This document shows, piece after piece, positions 40,430 through 50,482 of a DNA stretch of 64,000 nt. The stretch's first letter is position 1. Every line of letters starts with the position of its first letter. The stretch is from contig JALNWG010000002.1 of the NCBI GenBank assembly GCA_023231005.1, forward strand, positions 54,092 to 118,091, given 5' to 3'. The translations under genes were made by a program, and so were the position numbers. Below the pieces are notes generated by a model. It did not search any database and had not been told where the DNA came from. It worked only from the letters and a program-made list of their open reading frames with translations. Source of the stretch: Bacteroidales bacterium. GTDB taxonomy: Bacteria > Bacteroidota > Bacteroidia > Bacteroidales > FEN-979.

Positions 40430-40463
40430 TTTGCAAACATTATTGATCAATCAAATATCTTTG
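40430..40463 (+). promoter_or_regulatory. candidate promoter for yitT (-33 TTTG and -7 TATCTTTG)
   Basis: TTTG at 40430-40433 and exact TAnnTTTG at 40456-40463, 22 nt apart. ATG is 30 nt downstream. Confidence 0.45.
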
Positions 40464-40493
40464 TACAAATAATTAGTATTAAATCTATCATCT

Positions 40494-41390
40494 ATGGCCT
40501 TTTCTTTGATTAAAGATAAACCCTTTACCCGTAAATGGTTTATCGCTTATAGTCTGATCATTGTCGGAGCTTTCATTTTGGCTTCCAGTTTTGTTTTTTT
40601 TATCACCCCATATAAAATCGTGCCAGGGGGAGTTTATGGGATATCCATTGTTTTGCATTATCTGTTCAATACTCCAGTCGGATTGGTTGCTCTCTGTTTT
40701 GACATTCCCCTCACTTTAATAGGAATAAAGTTCCTGGGCCCCCGTTTTGGGATCAAGACAGTGGTTGGGTTTTCCCTTACCGCAGTATTTACCGATACAC
40801 TTACCTTTTTCTGGGGATTTGATCCGCTGGTAAAGGGAGATGCCTTGTTGTCTTCCATTTTCGGCGGAGTACTCGCAGGAGTTGGATTAGGTCTCATCTT
40901 CAAATCAAAAGCGACCTCCGGCGGAAGTGATATCGTAGCCATGATCATCGCCAAATACACCAAATTACCCTTAGGCATGTTGATGATTTATGTTGATTCT
41001 ACCATTGTATTGATTGGATTGCTCGTATTTAAAGACTGGAAAATCCCTTTATACTCCTGGATTGTCATTTATATTACCGGTAAGGTGATTGATGTCGTAC
41101 TACAGGGAGTCAGTTATGATAAAAGCTTATTCATTATTTCTGATAAACATGAAGAGATCCGCGATAAAATAATTCATAATCTTGAACGAGGAGGAACTTT
41201 CATTGATGGGAAAGGAATGTACAATAATGCCGAAAAGAAAATTATCTTTACCGTGGTCAGCCGGCGTGAACTCGCAATTCTGGAGGAATATATCCATGAA
41301 ATCGATCCCAAGGCATTTTTGACTATTTTGGATGCCACAGAAATCCTGGGAGAAGGGTTTAAGTCGCTGGAAGAAAAAGTGACAAAGTAA
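40494..41390 (+). CDS. YitT family membrane protein (DUF2179 C-terminal domain)
   Basis: About five TM helices, then FTVVSRRELAILEEYIHEIDPKAFLTILDATEILGEGF. Confidence 0.8.
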   Translation: MAFSLIKDKPFTRKWFIAYSLIIVGAFILASSFVFFITPYKIVPGGVYGISIVLHYLFNTPVGLVALCFDIPLTLIGIKFLGPRFGIKTVVGFSLTAVFTDTLTFFWGFDPLVKGDALLSSIFGGVLAGVGLGLIFKSKATSGGSDIVAMIIAKYTKLPLGMLMIYVDSTIVLIGLLVFKDWKIPLYSWIVIYITGKVIDVVLQGVSYDKSLFIISDKHEEIRDKIIHNLERGGTFIDGKGMYNNAEKKIIFTVVSRRELAILEEYIHEIDPKAFLTILDATEILGEGFKSLEEKVTK

Positions 41391-41428
41391 AGAAGATACA
41401 GGATAACAAGATGAAAAAGGACAAGGTG

Positions 41429-42751
41429 TTAGTGCCTGAACAATTTCATAATGTCTTGTCCATTGGCAAAAATGAGAAGTCCGAAAAGAAGAGCCATCCC
41501 GACAATTTGTGCATATTCCATAAATTTATCGCTGGGCTTCCTTCGGAAAATGATTTCATAACAGAGAAACATGACATGACCTCCATCGAGCGCCGGAATG
41601 GGTAAAACATTCAGAATGGCCAACATGATAGAAAGGAATGCTGTAAGCGACCAGAAAGACTGCCAATCCCAGGTGGAGGGGAAAATATTTCCAATGGCGA
41701 TAAACCCTCCCAACGATTCGTATGCTTTTTCCTGGGAAAATAACAACTTCATGGATTTCAAATAATTTCCGGCTCCATCAAACGCTTTTACAACCCCGGC
41801 CGGAATGGCCGTAAAAATTGAATAACTCTTTTCTTTAAAAGAAAAATAATTGATGGGCCCTTTGGGGTAAACACCAATAAGACCGGCTGATGGAACTTTA
41901 ACGGCAAGGGAGACCGTATCAATGCCTCGTAAAACAATTACCCTAACCTGTTGATTTTTATAATTTTGAATGGATGAGCGAAACTGGTCAAAATAGAGCA
42001 TCAGGGAGTCATTAAACCCTATAATTTTATCATCTATCTTCATTCCGGCAGCTTCTGCGGGAGAACCAACTGTAAATTTACCCGCAACAAAGGGAAACCT
42101 GACAGAGATAAAATCGGGAGATTTATGGTTGATCAACCGGCTTATACATCCAGCCGGGATTTGGACATTTACGTTCTTCCCGTCGCGTAAAACTTGTATA
42201 CTCTTCGCTTCTTCCAGAATTATGGTTTTTGGAATTGCAGCAAAATCATCAACTTTTTTATGATCTACAGATAAAATCTTGTCTCCATTACGAAGTCCCA
42301 TATTATAAGCCAAGGAATCAACAGTAATACCATATTTGACTTCCGACGAAGGTAAATACTGCTCTCCCCATACAGTAAGCATAATAATATAAATAGCCAT
42401 AGCCAGAAGGAGGTTAACCGTTACCCCTGCGAGCATAATGATCAATCGCTGCCATGTTGGTTTTGACCTGAATTCCCAAGGTTGGGGCGGTTGTTTCATT
42501 TGTTCCTTGTCCATCGACTCATCAATCATGCCACTGATCTTCACATAACCTCCAAGGGGGATCCATCCCACACCATATTCTGTATATCCCTTTTTAAATT
42601 TAAAGAGGGAAAACCAGGGATCGAAAAAAAGATAGAATTTCTCCACACGGGTTTTAAAAATCCTTGCGGCCAAATAATGACCAAACTCATGAAATATAAC
42701 GAGAATGGATAAACTCAGGAGTAATTGAACGATTTTGATGAAAATTTCCAT
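41429..42751 (-). CDS. rseP: RIP site-2 metalloprotease RseP (M50)
   Basis: HEFGHY zinc motif near the N-terminus, PDZ region, C-terminal NVLPIPALDGGH. Confidence 0.9.
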   Translation of the reverse strand: MEIFIKIVQLLLSLSILVIFHEFGHYLAARIFKTRVEKFYLFFDPWFSLFKFKKGYTEYGVGWIPLGGYVKISGMIDESMDKEQMKQPPQPWEFRSKPTWQRLIIMLAGVTVNLLLAMAIYIIMLTVWGEQYLPSSEVKYGITVDSLAYNMGLRNGDKILSVDHKKVDDFAAIPKTIILEEAKSIQVLRDGKNVNVQIPAGCISRLINHKSPDFISVRFPFVAGKFTVGSPAEAAGMKIDDKIIGFNDSLMLYFDQFRSSIQNYKNQQVRVIVLRGIDTVSLAVKVPSAGLIGVYPKGPINYFSFKEKSYSIFTAIPAGVVKAFDGAGNYLKSMKLLFSQEKAYESLGGFIAIGNIFPSTWDWQSFWSLTAFLSIMLAILNVLPIPALDGGHVMFLCYEIIFRRKPSDKFMEYAQIVGMALLFGLLIFANGQDIMKLFRH

Positions 42752-42776
42752 GAATATAAATTAAACCAGATTGATT

Positions 42777-43937
42777 TTAAGATTTTTGTTTTACAAATTC
42801 TTTGGCTTTCCCCAACGACTCTTCGTGGGTCAGCACATAATCTTCGTACCGGGGATTTTTCACATAAGAAATTGAATGCATACATTTCTCAATAATATCG
42901 GGCATAGAGAGAAAACTGATTTTTTCTTCCAGAAAAGCCTGTACAGCTACTTCATTGGCGGCATTCAATATACAAGGCATATTGCCTCCCTGAGAAAGCG
43001 CCCGGTAAGCCAAATCCAGATTCCGGAAAAGATCCCGATCCGGCGGTTCAAATGTAAGTTGAGCATACTGAGTGAAACTAAACCGGGGAAAATTGGATTT
43101 TATCCGCTCCGGAAATGTCATGGCATATAAAATAGGTAACCGCATATTGGGAGGTCCCATCTGCGCCTTTAACGATCCATCGACAAATTGGACTAATGAA
43201 TGGATGATTGATTGGGGGTGGATAACGATGTCAATTTGATCCGGTCTCAGGTTAAATAGCCAGCGTGCCTCAATCACTTCCAACCCTTTATTCATCATGG
43301 AGGCTGAATCGATGGTTACCTTCTGCCCCATTTTCCAGTTAGGGTGGTTCAATGCCGCTTCCCGGGTGACATGAGTCAACTGATTTTTCTGCCATCCCCG
43401 GAAAGGCCCCCCGGAGGCAGTGAGAATTACCTTTTCAACAGAACGTTGTAATTCGCCGACCAGGCATTGAAAAATCGCAGAATGTTCGGAGTCAACAGGT
43501 AAAATACAGACCTTTTCCCGATTGGCCTCACCCATTACCAGTTCACCGGCAACTACAAGGGTTTCTTTGTTGGCCAGGGCAATATTTTTTCCAGCCCGAA
43601 TGGCTCTCAAGGTAGGTTTTAGTCCGGCGTAGCCAACCAGGGCAATCAAGACCAGATCAATAGAGTCCATTTCTACGATCTGAGTAATGGCATCTTCTCC
43701 TGCAAACACCTTGATAGGATAGGGCTTCAATGCTGCAGCAACCTTTTGATAACAAGCTGGATTTCCTATCACTACCGCGTTTGGGGAAAATTCAATAGCC
43801 TGGTCAATGAGTTTATCATCATTATTCTGAGCTGTCAATACTTCAACTCCAAATTTATCGGGATGATTTTTAATCACATCCAGAGCCTGGGTTCCGATGC
43901 TCCCTGTTGATCCTAATATGGCAATATTCTTTTTCAA
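42777..43937 (-). CDS. dxr: 1-deoxy-D-xylulose-5-phosphate reductoisomerase
   Basis: ILGSTGSIGTQALDV, LANKETLV, DSEHSAIFQC. Start is TTG 43937; no ATG is available before the NADPH motif. Confidence 0.95.
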   Translation of the reverse strand: MKKNIAILGSTGSIGTQALDVIKNHPDKFGVEVLTAQNNDDKLIDQAIEFSPNAVVIGNPACYQKVAAALKPYPIKVFAGEDAITQIVEMDSIDLVLIALVGYAGLKPTLRAIRAGKNIALANKETLVVAGELVMGEANREKVCILPVDSEHSAIFQCLVGELQRSVEKVILTASGGPFRGWQKNQLTHVTREAALNHPNWKMGQKVTIDSASMMNKGLEVIEARWLFNLRPDQIDIVIHPQSIIHSLVQFVDGSLKAQMGPPNMRLPILYAMTFPERIKSNFPRFSFTQYAQLTFEPPDRDLFRNLDLAYRALSQGGNMPCILNAANEVAVQAFLEEKISFLSMPDIIEKCMHSISYVKNPRYEDYVLTHEESLGKAKEFVKQKS

Positions 43938-43952
43938 AAATCGGGATGTCTG

Positions 43953-44843
43953 TTAAAAAATTATGTATTCTTTCGGATCAACGGGATTTCCGTCACTCCA
44001 AAGTTCGAAATGGAGGTGTGGACCCGTTATCAGTTCCCCCGTTTGACCAACAATAGCAATAGGCTCACCTGCTTTTACAAAATCTCCGGTTTTTTTTAGC
44101 AAGGCAGCGTTGTGCTTATACAATGAAATGATATTTTGTCCATGTTGAATGGCGATAACATATCCGGTTTCTAAAGTCCAGGTGCTGAAAATGACGGTTC
44201 CGTCTAAAACAGCTTTGATGGTTTCATCTTGTTTGGCCACAATATCAACTCCATAATGTTTTTGAACCAGGTTGAAACCATTGGTAATGACCCCCTTCAG
44301 GGGAGAAAAAAAAAGGACACTGCCTAAGGAAGATTTTTTTTGTCCGGCTGTTTCCAATTTTTCCATATTATACAAAGCATATTTACCTTGATTATCTACT
44401 TCCAACCTAAGTAATGAATCTTCTTCTGATCGTTTAATTTTAATGTCACCATATCTTTTCATGGTATCTTTAGTCGGTCTGATTTCTCCGGGAAGATCTT
44501 TTCCCTCAACAATATCTTTTAAATTCTGAATAAACCGATCTTTCATTTCCAAATCCCGTTCAATGGAATCGGTTCGCATTTGAAGCCTGTAAAGTTTTTT
44601 TGTGAGGCCAACATTGGTATACCCGGGAATATATTCCCGCAGGGGAGTAAAAGCAATAAGGATACTGGTGAGAAAGATGAGAACGATGGCCAAAGTCCCC
44701 AACGCAACAAAAACATTTAACCTCGACAGCCGGAAAGTAAAGCGTTCCTCCAGGGTATCATCGGTCATGAAAACCAGACGATATTTATTCCGCCATCTTA
44801 CAGACCACTTTGTTTTTTTTTTATCCTTTTTATCCGAAGCCAT
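43953..44843 (-). CDS. M23 (LytM) family metallopeptidase, membrane anchored
   Basis: TM anchor FVALGTLAIVLIFLTSILIAF. C-terminal LytM motifs (HYGVDI, HLHFELW). ATG 44843 preferred over TTG 44858. Confidence 0.85.
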   Translation of the reverse strand: MASDKKDKKKTKWSVRWRNKYRLVFMTDDTLEERFTFRLSRLNVFVALGTLAIVLIFLTSILIAFTPLREYIPGYTNVGLTKKLYRLQMRTDSIERDLEMKDRFIQNLKDIVEGKDLPGEIRPTKDTMKRYGDIKIKRSEEDSLLRLEVDNQGKYALYNMEKLETAGQKKSSLGSVLFFSPLKGVITNGFNLVQKHYGVDIVAKQDETIKAVLDGTVIFSTWTLETGYVIAIQHGQNIISLYKHNAALLKKTGDFVKAGEPIAIVGQTGELITGPHLHFELWSDGNPVDPKEYIIF

Positions 44844-44939
44844 GGATTTTCTTATCAACCGGAAAACGCTGCAAATATCGGAAAATTATGTCACCCCACA
44901 AATCTTGAAAGGAATCAGTGATAATTTCAAAATTTAAAA

Positions 44940-44947
44940 TAATTTTG
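44940..44947 (+). promoter_or_regulatory. candidate -7 box for porW
   Basis: Exact TAATTTTG, 39 nt upstream of TTG 44987. Confidence 0.4.
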
Positions 44948-44986
44948 TAAAATCATAGTTATTATCTCTTTAATTGTTGCCCTGAT

Positions 44987-47662
44987 TTGAAATTGACGAA
45001 GAAATATACCATCGTCGGAACGTTGATTATTTTACTTGGAATTACCTTTTTCACCTCTTGCTCAACCAAGAAAAATACATTTACGCGACGAGCTTATCAC
45101 AATTTAACCTCCCACTATAATGTATACTGGAATGGGATGGATAATATCCGCCAGGGAATAAAGGAGTATCAGGCAAGCATTAAAGATAATTTTTCCGTGA
45201 TTTTGCCCATATACAATTATGGGGATCGTAACGGGGCAAATAAAATCTCTCAATATACCGACATCTCCATCAAAAAAGCTTCCAAGGCGATCAATAAACA
45301 TTCCATGATCTTTAACCGGAAGGAGTATGTACGTTGGATTGATGATGCCTACCTGTTGATCGGAAAATGTTATTTCTATAAACAGGATTATCCAATGGCT
45401 CGCCGATACTTCGAGTTTGTCATCAAAACCTACAATGAGAATGAAATCAAATATGAGGCGATGCTGTGGCTTGCACAGGCGAATACTCAATTGGGAGATT
45501 TCAACCGTGCTGAACCCATGCTCGATATGCTTCTCAGTAAAGTCACCAAAGGAGAGGCACCATCAAAATATGAAACCGATATAAACCTCACCTATGCTCA
45601 GTTTTATATCTTACAAAAAAATTATACTGCTGCAATACCTTATATTACCCGGGCGCTTGAATTGAAACCCAGCCATACCATGCGAATCCGGTGTTCTTTC
45701 ATTTTGGGTCAGATATATCAGAAAAACGGCGATCTTGAAGAGGCTTCCAGACAATATGCATATACTGTTAAAAATGCTACGACTTACGATCTGGAGTTCA
45801 ATGCGAAAATCAACATGGCTCAATGTTATGATTCAAAAAACCGGAACCGGGAGTTCATTGTGAAAAAGCTGACCAAAATGATCAAGGATGAGAAAAATAA
45901 AGATTTCCTTGACCAGGTCTATTATGCGTTGGCACATATTGCACTGAAAGATGCAGATACAGCAAGCGCCATTCCCTTGCTCAAAAAATCGGTGACTTCC
46001 AGCACTACCAATAATTACCAGAAAGCGATTTCTTCCATGGAGTTAGCTGATATTTGTTTTTCCGAGAAGGATTACACTTTAGCCCAAGCTTATTATGACA
46101 GTACGATGCAGTTCCTTCCGAAAGATTATCCCAATTATAAGGAACTTGCTAAAAAGACCATGACCCTCACCGATCTTGTAACCAATTTACAGGTGATCAG
46201 CAAGCAGGATAGCCTCCAGAAGTTAGCAGGGATGTCGGAAGAACAACGAAACAAAGTTCTGGACCAAATCATTGGAGTGCTGATCGCTCAAGAGCTGAAG
46301 AAAAAACAGGAAGAACAGTCGCGTCAAGAAAATCAGAATTTTTTTGGTCAAAATAAATCTAAGGATCAGGAAGTAACAGGTTCGAAGGAAGGACGATGGT
46401 ACTTCTATAATCCTACCATTATGTCGAACGGCTTTTCAACCTTCATGCGAAAATGGGGGCGCAGAAAGATTGAAGATAATTGGTTTTTAACCGATAAAAC
46501 GGTTGTGTCCTTTGCCAATAATCCTGAAACCACTGATTCGATCCCACTTTTACCCGGTGATACCAGTTCTCAAGCAACAAAGACCATACAAAAATCGAAC
46601 AATCCCAAAGAACGTGCTTTTTATTTGCCCGATATTCCATTAACGCCGGAGAAAATCCAGGCCTCGAACGAGAAGATCATCCAGGCATATTATCAAGCCG
46701 GCTTTATCTATTCGGATGGCCTGAATGATTACAGCAATGCCATCATGACCTTTGAAACATTGTTGGAACGCTTCCCGGAAAATAAATTTAAAATCCCTTC
46801 GGATTATGAATTGTACCTCCTGTATAAGCAGCTCGAAAATCAACCAAAAGGTGAATTTTACAAGAACCTGATTCTTTCAAACTATCCTGAGAGTGATTAT
46901 GCAAAATTGTTAGTAAATCCCAATTACTATAAAGAAATAAATGCCCGCCAATCAGAAGCTTCTCACCTATATAACGATACCTACCAGGCATTTACCAAGC
47001 AGCAATATTACATGGTCATTAACAATGCCGATCTCGCCAGAACAAAGTTTCATACTGATAGTATCCTGATGCCAAAGTTTGATTTTCTCAGAGCCCTGGC
47101 CATCGGAAAAATCGAGGTAGTCGACAGCCTCGTCGTAGCCATGTCAAAGATCACCAAACAATATCCAAAAAGTGATGTTAAGCCATTGGCAGCAGATGTC
47201 CTGGCTTTTCTGAGCACTCAAAAAGATTCAAAAGGGCAGCCCATTGCAGTTGATTCAACAACGGTAAAAGATATTACTGACAAGATTTATAAATATGATC
47301 CCAACGCAGTAAATTTTTATGTGATTATCGTAAACGGGGATTTGGTGGATGTGGACGCTTTAAAGATCAAAATCACGGATTACAACACCAAATACTATGA
47401 TCTGGATAATCTGATGGTGAACAGTTTGTTACTTGACAACGTCAACCAGATGGTTACGGTGAATAATTTTGAAGGGAGTGAAAAAGCAGTGGAATATTAT
47501 TTAGGAATCAAGAACAGTAAGTATATTTTCACTAAGCTGGAAAATGCGGGAGCCTATTATAATTTTGTTATTTCTTTGGAAAATTATCCCATTTTTTACA
47601 GGAATAAAGATATTTCTCAGTATATTCGCTTTTTCGAAAAAAATTATCCTATTCCAAAATAA
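44987..47662 (+). CDS. porW: TPR lipoprotein, probable T9SS component PorW/SprE
   Basis: TTG start. Lipobox FFTSCSTKKNTF, then RRAYHNLTSHYNVYWNG...DNFSVILP, which matches my recollection of the SprE/PorW N-terminus. Multiple TPR-like repeats, 891 aa. Confidence 0.6.
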   Translation: MKLTKKYTIVGTLIILLGITFFTSCSTKKNTFTRRAYHNLTSHYNVYWNGMDNIRQGIKEYQASIKDNFSVILPIYNYGDRNGANKISQYTDISIKKASKAINKHSMIFNRKEYVRWIDDAYLLIGKCYFYKQDYPMARRYFEFVIKTYNENEIKYEAMLWLAQANTQLGDFNRAEPMLDMLLSKVTKGEAPSKYETDINLTYAQFYILQKNYTAAIPYITRALELKPSHTMRIRCSFILGQIYQKNGDLEEASRQYAYTVKNATTYDLEFNAKINMAQCYDSKNRNREFIVKKLTKMIKDEKNKDFLDQVYYALAHIALKDADTASAIPLLKKSVTSSTTNNYQKAISSMELADICFSEKDYTLAQAYYDSTMQFLPKDYPNYKELAKKTMTLTDLVTNLQVISKQDSLQKLAGMSEEQRNKVLDQIIGVLIAQELKKKQEEQSRQENQNFFGQNKSKDQEVTGSKEGRWYFYNPTIMSNGFSTFMRKWGRRKIEDNWFLTDKTVVSFANNPETTDSIPLLPGDTSSQATKTIQKSNNPKERAFYLPDIPLTPEKIQASNEKIIQAYYQAGFIYSDGLNDYSNAIMTFETLLERFPENKFKIPSDYELYLLYKQLENQPKGEFYKNLILSNYPESDYAKLLVNPNYYKEINARQSEASHLYNDTYQAFTKQQYYMVINNADLARTKFHTDSILMPKFDFLRALAIGKIEVVDSLVVAMSKITKQYPKSDVKPLAADVLAFLSTQKDSKGQPIAVDSTTVKDITDKIYKYDPNAVNFYVIIVNGDLVDVDALKIKITDYNTKYYDLDNLMVNSLLLDNVNQMVTVNNFEGSEKAVEYYLGIKNSKYIFTKLENAGAYYNFVISLENYPIFYRNKDISQYIRFFEKNYPIPK

Positions 47663-47668
47663 GTGGTT

Positions 47669-48073
47669 ATGTCGAAGATCCGAGAACCCGAAATGCCCAC
47701 TATTAATATTCTAGGCCCCGGGGCTGTTGTAAAAGGAGAAATTCAGGTAAACGGTGATTTCCGAATCGATGGCACCCTCGATGGGAACATCCAGTGCAAA
47801 GGGAAAATTGTTGTCGGTGCTACCGGAAAAATTGATGGTGAAATCCAATGCCAGAATGCCGATTTTTCGGGTGAAGTAAAGGCAACAGTTAAAGTTACTG
47901 AATTGCTTACGCTTAAGGAAACAGCTCGTTTTAGTGGTGATATCACCACCGGGAAACTTGCTATTGAACCAGGAGCAAAGTTTTCGGGAACATGTAGTAT
48001 GGACCCGGGAGGATCAAAAGAAATAAAATTCTCTCTTCCCATCGATGAAATCCGATCCGCGGAAAAATCTTAA
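47669..48073 (+). CDS. bactofilin family polymer-forming protein
   Basis: Beta-helix repeat pattern VVKGEIQVNGDFRIDGTLDGNIQCKGKIVVGATGKIDGEIQC...FSGDITTGKLAIEPGAKFSG. ATG 47669 (ORF-track GTG 47663). Confidence 0.8.
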   Translation: MSKIREPEMPTINILGPGAVVKGEIQVNGDFRIDGTLDGNIQCKGKIVVGATGKIDGEIQCQNADFSGEVKATVKVTELLTLKETARFSGDITTGKLAIEPGAKFSGTCSMDPGGSKEIKFSLPIDEIRSAEKS

Positions 48074-48254
48074 CGACTATGCACGTTACTCCAGCATGGC
48101 TATTCAGATGCTGGTTATCATTCTTCTGGGTGTTTTTTCCGGATTTAAACTTGATCAATGGCTTCATACAAAACCGATTCTCACAGTTATCCTTTCGATT
48201 AGTTCCGTAGCCCTCTCAATTTTTATTGTTGTCAAAGACCTGTTGCGCAAGTAA
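48045..48254 (+). CDS. AtpZ/AtpI family small membrane protein
   Basis: 69 aa. NDYARYSSMAIQMLVIILLGVFSGFKLDQW plus a second helix. ATG lies 29 nt inside the bactofilin gene. Confidence 0.65.
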   Translation: MKSDPRKNLNDYARYSSMAIQMLVIILLGVFSGFKLDQWLHTKPILTVILSISSVALSIFIVVKDLLRK

Positions 48255-48290
48255 CCAAGCCACCATTGTTATATTTTGTACTTTTGTACC

Positions 48291-48695
48291 ATGAAATCAG
48301 CATATATCAAATATCTCAGGAACCTTTTAATCTTTTCGGGTATTCTTGGATTAGTTACCGTAATACTCTTTTTCATACTCCCGAAAACCTACTTTTCACC
48401 TACAATTCCTTTCCTTTTCGTATTCTTCATTGCCACCTCGCTCATCTCCTTCTATTATTTGCTTCGATCCACCGATAAAAAATTTATTAAATTCGTCAAT
48501 ACCTTCCTGCTTACCATAATCCTCAAACTTTTTATTTATGCTGGTGTCATGACCGTCTATGCCTTCCTCAATCGTAGCGATGCAATTCCATTCATGCTGG
48601 GATTCTTTGTCCTCTACCTCTGCTATACCATTTTCGAAACCATCTGTATCATCCAATACACTCAGCCTTCACATCCGGATTGCAACATTCAATAA
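48291..48695 (+). CDS. hypothetical four-helix membrane protein
   Basis: 134 aa from ATG 48291 with four hydrophobic segments. No recognisable motif. Confidence 0.5.
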   Translation: MKSAYIKYLRNLLIFSGILGLVTVILFFILPKTYFSPTIPFLFVFFIATSLISFYYLLRSTDKKFIKFVNTFLLTIILKLFIYAGVMTVYAFLNRSDAIPFMLGFFVLYLCYTIFETICIIQYTQPSHPDCNIQ

Positions 48696-48701
48696 TTTAC
48701 C

Positions 48702-49733
48702 ATGTCAATTAGAACTCTGGCTGGTGCACTGATACTTGCTTTGCTGTTGTTTACAGCAAAATCTTCATTTGCCCAAACTAGTATTCCCTCACACAACAAA
48801 CTGTTTTCACCTGGCGATAGCAATTGGGTCGGAGATTATACAAACAAACTTACAGCCCGTTTTTTTTTGCTTTTTCAAAATGCTTCTCTAATCATCAATG
48901 CCGAAAACATTGGAACAATTATTTATCGCCCGAATGTTAATGTCAGGGTAGGAATAGCAGGTTTTTGGAAGTGGTTTGGTTTGGGGTTATCCATCGACAA
49001 TCCTTTTTATAAAATGGATAAGGATAAATATGGAAAAACATCAGTCATCGATCTACGTGTCAATGCATTTGGAAGAAAAACGGCGGCAGAACTTTTCCTC
49101 CAAAGTTACAAGGGCTTTTATATCAGTTCCACAAAGAATTCTAACAATGAATTTTATACAATCCCGGATATGGTCACATTTTCGATGGGTGCTGCCGGTT
49201 ATTGGATCTATAATTCTAACCGGTTTTCCATCCGGGCAGCATTCATTCAGAATGAACGCCAAAAAAAGAGCGCAGGTAGTTTTGTCATCAGACCATCATT
49301 CACGTATTATAATATTAGTTCCGATGCCGGCATAATACCCGACGAAATCATTAATGAATATAATATTCCATCAGCGAATCATATCAACCGGGGTGATTTT
49401 TATTCCATTGGTCTCTCCCCCGGATATGCTTATACTTTTGTATTTCTAAAAAACTTATACATTACAGCGGCAATATTCCCGGGCGTTGCAGTCCAGTTTT
49501 TTTCATACACAACCGAACAAAATAGATATTCCAATTATGAATTTTCCTTTCAGTTGGATGGTCGTTTTGCTTTAGGATATAATTCCGACAAATGGTTTCT
49601 CGGAGGATCCGTCCAAACAGGATTCAATGAAGTCCCCGACAAACTCAGCAATTCAATGTTCGACTATGATGTTTCACAATTCCGGGTCTGGGGAGGAACC
49701 CGATTTGACATATTTAGAAAGAAAAAAAAGTAG
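48702..49733 (+). CDS. DUF4421-like outer-membrane beta-barrel protein
   Basis: Signal peptide ending SFAQ, alternating beta-strand pattern, aromatic C-terminal region ([11 protein letters not shown]). Family call is from memory. Confidence 0.5.
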   Translation: MSIRTLAGALILALLLFTAKSSFAQTSIPSHNKLFSPGDSNWVGDYTNKLTARFFLLFQNASLIINAENIGTIIYRPNVNVRVGIAGFWKWFGLGLSIDNPFYKMDKDKYGKTSVIDLRVNAFGRKTAAELFLQSYKGFYISSTKNSNNEFYTIPDMVTFSMGAAGYWIYNSNRFSIRAAFIQNERQKKSAGSFVIRPSFTYYNISSDAGIIPDEIINEYNIPSANHINRGDFYSIGLSPGYAYTFVFLKNLYITAAIFPGVAVQFFSYTTEQNRYSNYEFSFQLDGRFALGYNSDKWFLGGSVQTGFNEVPDKLSNSMFDYDVSQFRVWGGTRFDIFRKKKK

Positions 49734-49759
49734 TACTTTTGTTAACAAATGGGAAGAAA

Positions 49760-50356
49760 ATGAGTTACGAAAAAGTGGAAGAATGGGATGAAAAAATAAC
49801 GGCTGAAATGGCGGTTCATTATAAAGAAATTTTGAGGCTGATCGGGGAAAACCCGGACCGTGAAGGACTCGAAAAAACACCCATCCGGGTCGCCAAAGCT
49901 TTGCAGTTTTTTACCCAGGGTTATGCGTTGGATCCTAAGGACATTCTGAGTTCAGCCAAATTCAGGGAGGATTACCGGGAAATGGTCATTGTTAAAGACA
50001 TTGAAATCTATTCGTTATGTGAACATCACATGGTCCCCTTTATTGGTAAAGCCCATGTTGGTTATATTCCGGATAAATATATCACCGGGCTAAGTAAAAT
50101 TGCCAGGGTGGTAGATATCTATGCCCACCGTTTGCAGGTTCAAGAAAGGTTAACCACGCAGATCAAAGATGCCATTAACGACACACTAAAGCCATTGGGC
50201 GTTGCAGTAGTAATTGAAGCCCAGCATTTGTGTATGTCCATGCGCGGAGTTCAGAAACAGAATTCCGTAACGACCACTTCCGATTTTGTCGGTGCCTTCG
50301 AACGGGATAAAACGAGAGCTGAATTCCTTCACCTTATCGGAACAAAATTGCATTGA
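49760..50356 (+). CDS. folE: GTP cyclohydrolase I
   Basis: CEHHMVPF and [12 protein letters not shown] motifs. 198 aa from ATG 49760. Confidence 0.95.
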   Translation: MSYEKVEEWDEKITAEMAVHYKEILRLIGENPDREGLEKTPIRVAKALQFFTQGYALDPKDILSSAKFREDYREMVIVKDIEIYSLCEHHMVPFIGKAHVGYIPDKYITGLSKIARVVDIYAHRLQVQERLTTQIKDAINDTLKPLGVAVVIEAQHLCMSMRGVQKQNSVTTTSDFVGAFERDKTRAEFLHLIGTKLH

Positions 50357-50482
50357 TCGTATGATGATGCATGTATGAATTATTGTATGGATAGGTTCAT
50401 AGATTAATAAATTTCAGGATTGTGCGTTTTGGTATGGGTTTTGACTTAACAGAAAAACGAAATAATTTAAGGAGATAGAAAT

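Noticed and set aside
41411-41605. 64-aa plus-strand ORF just downstream of yitT
   Set aside because: It is almost entirely antisense to the conserved C-terminus of rseP. No motif.
45930-45942. TGGCAC-ATA-TTGC on the plus strand
   Set aside because: The spacer is 3 nt instead of 5, and it lies inside the porW coding sequence. It is not a plausible sigma-54 promoter.
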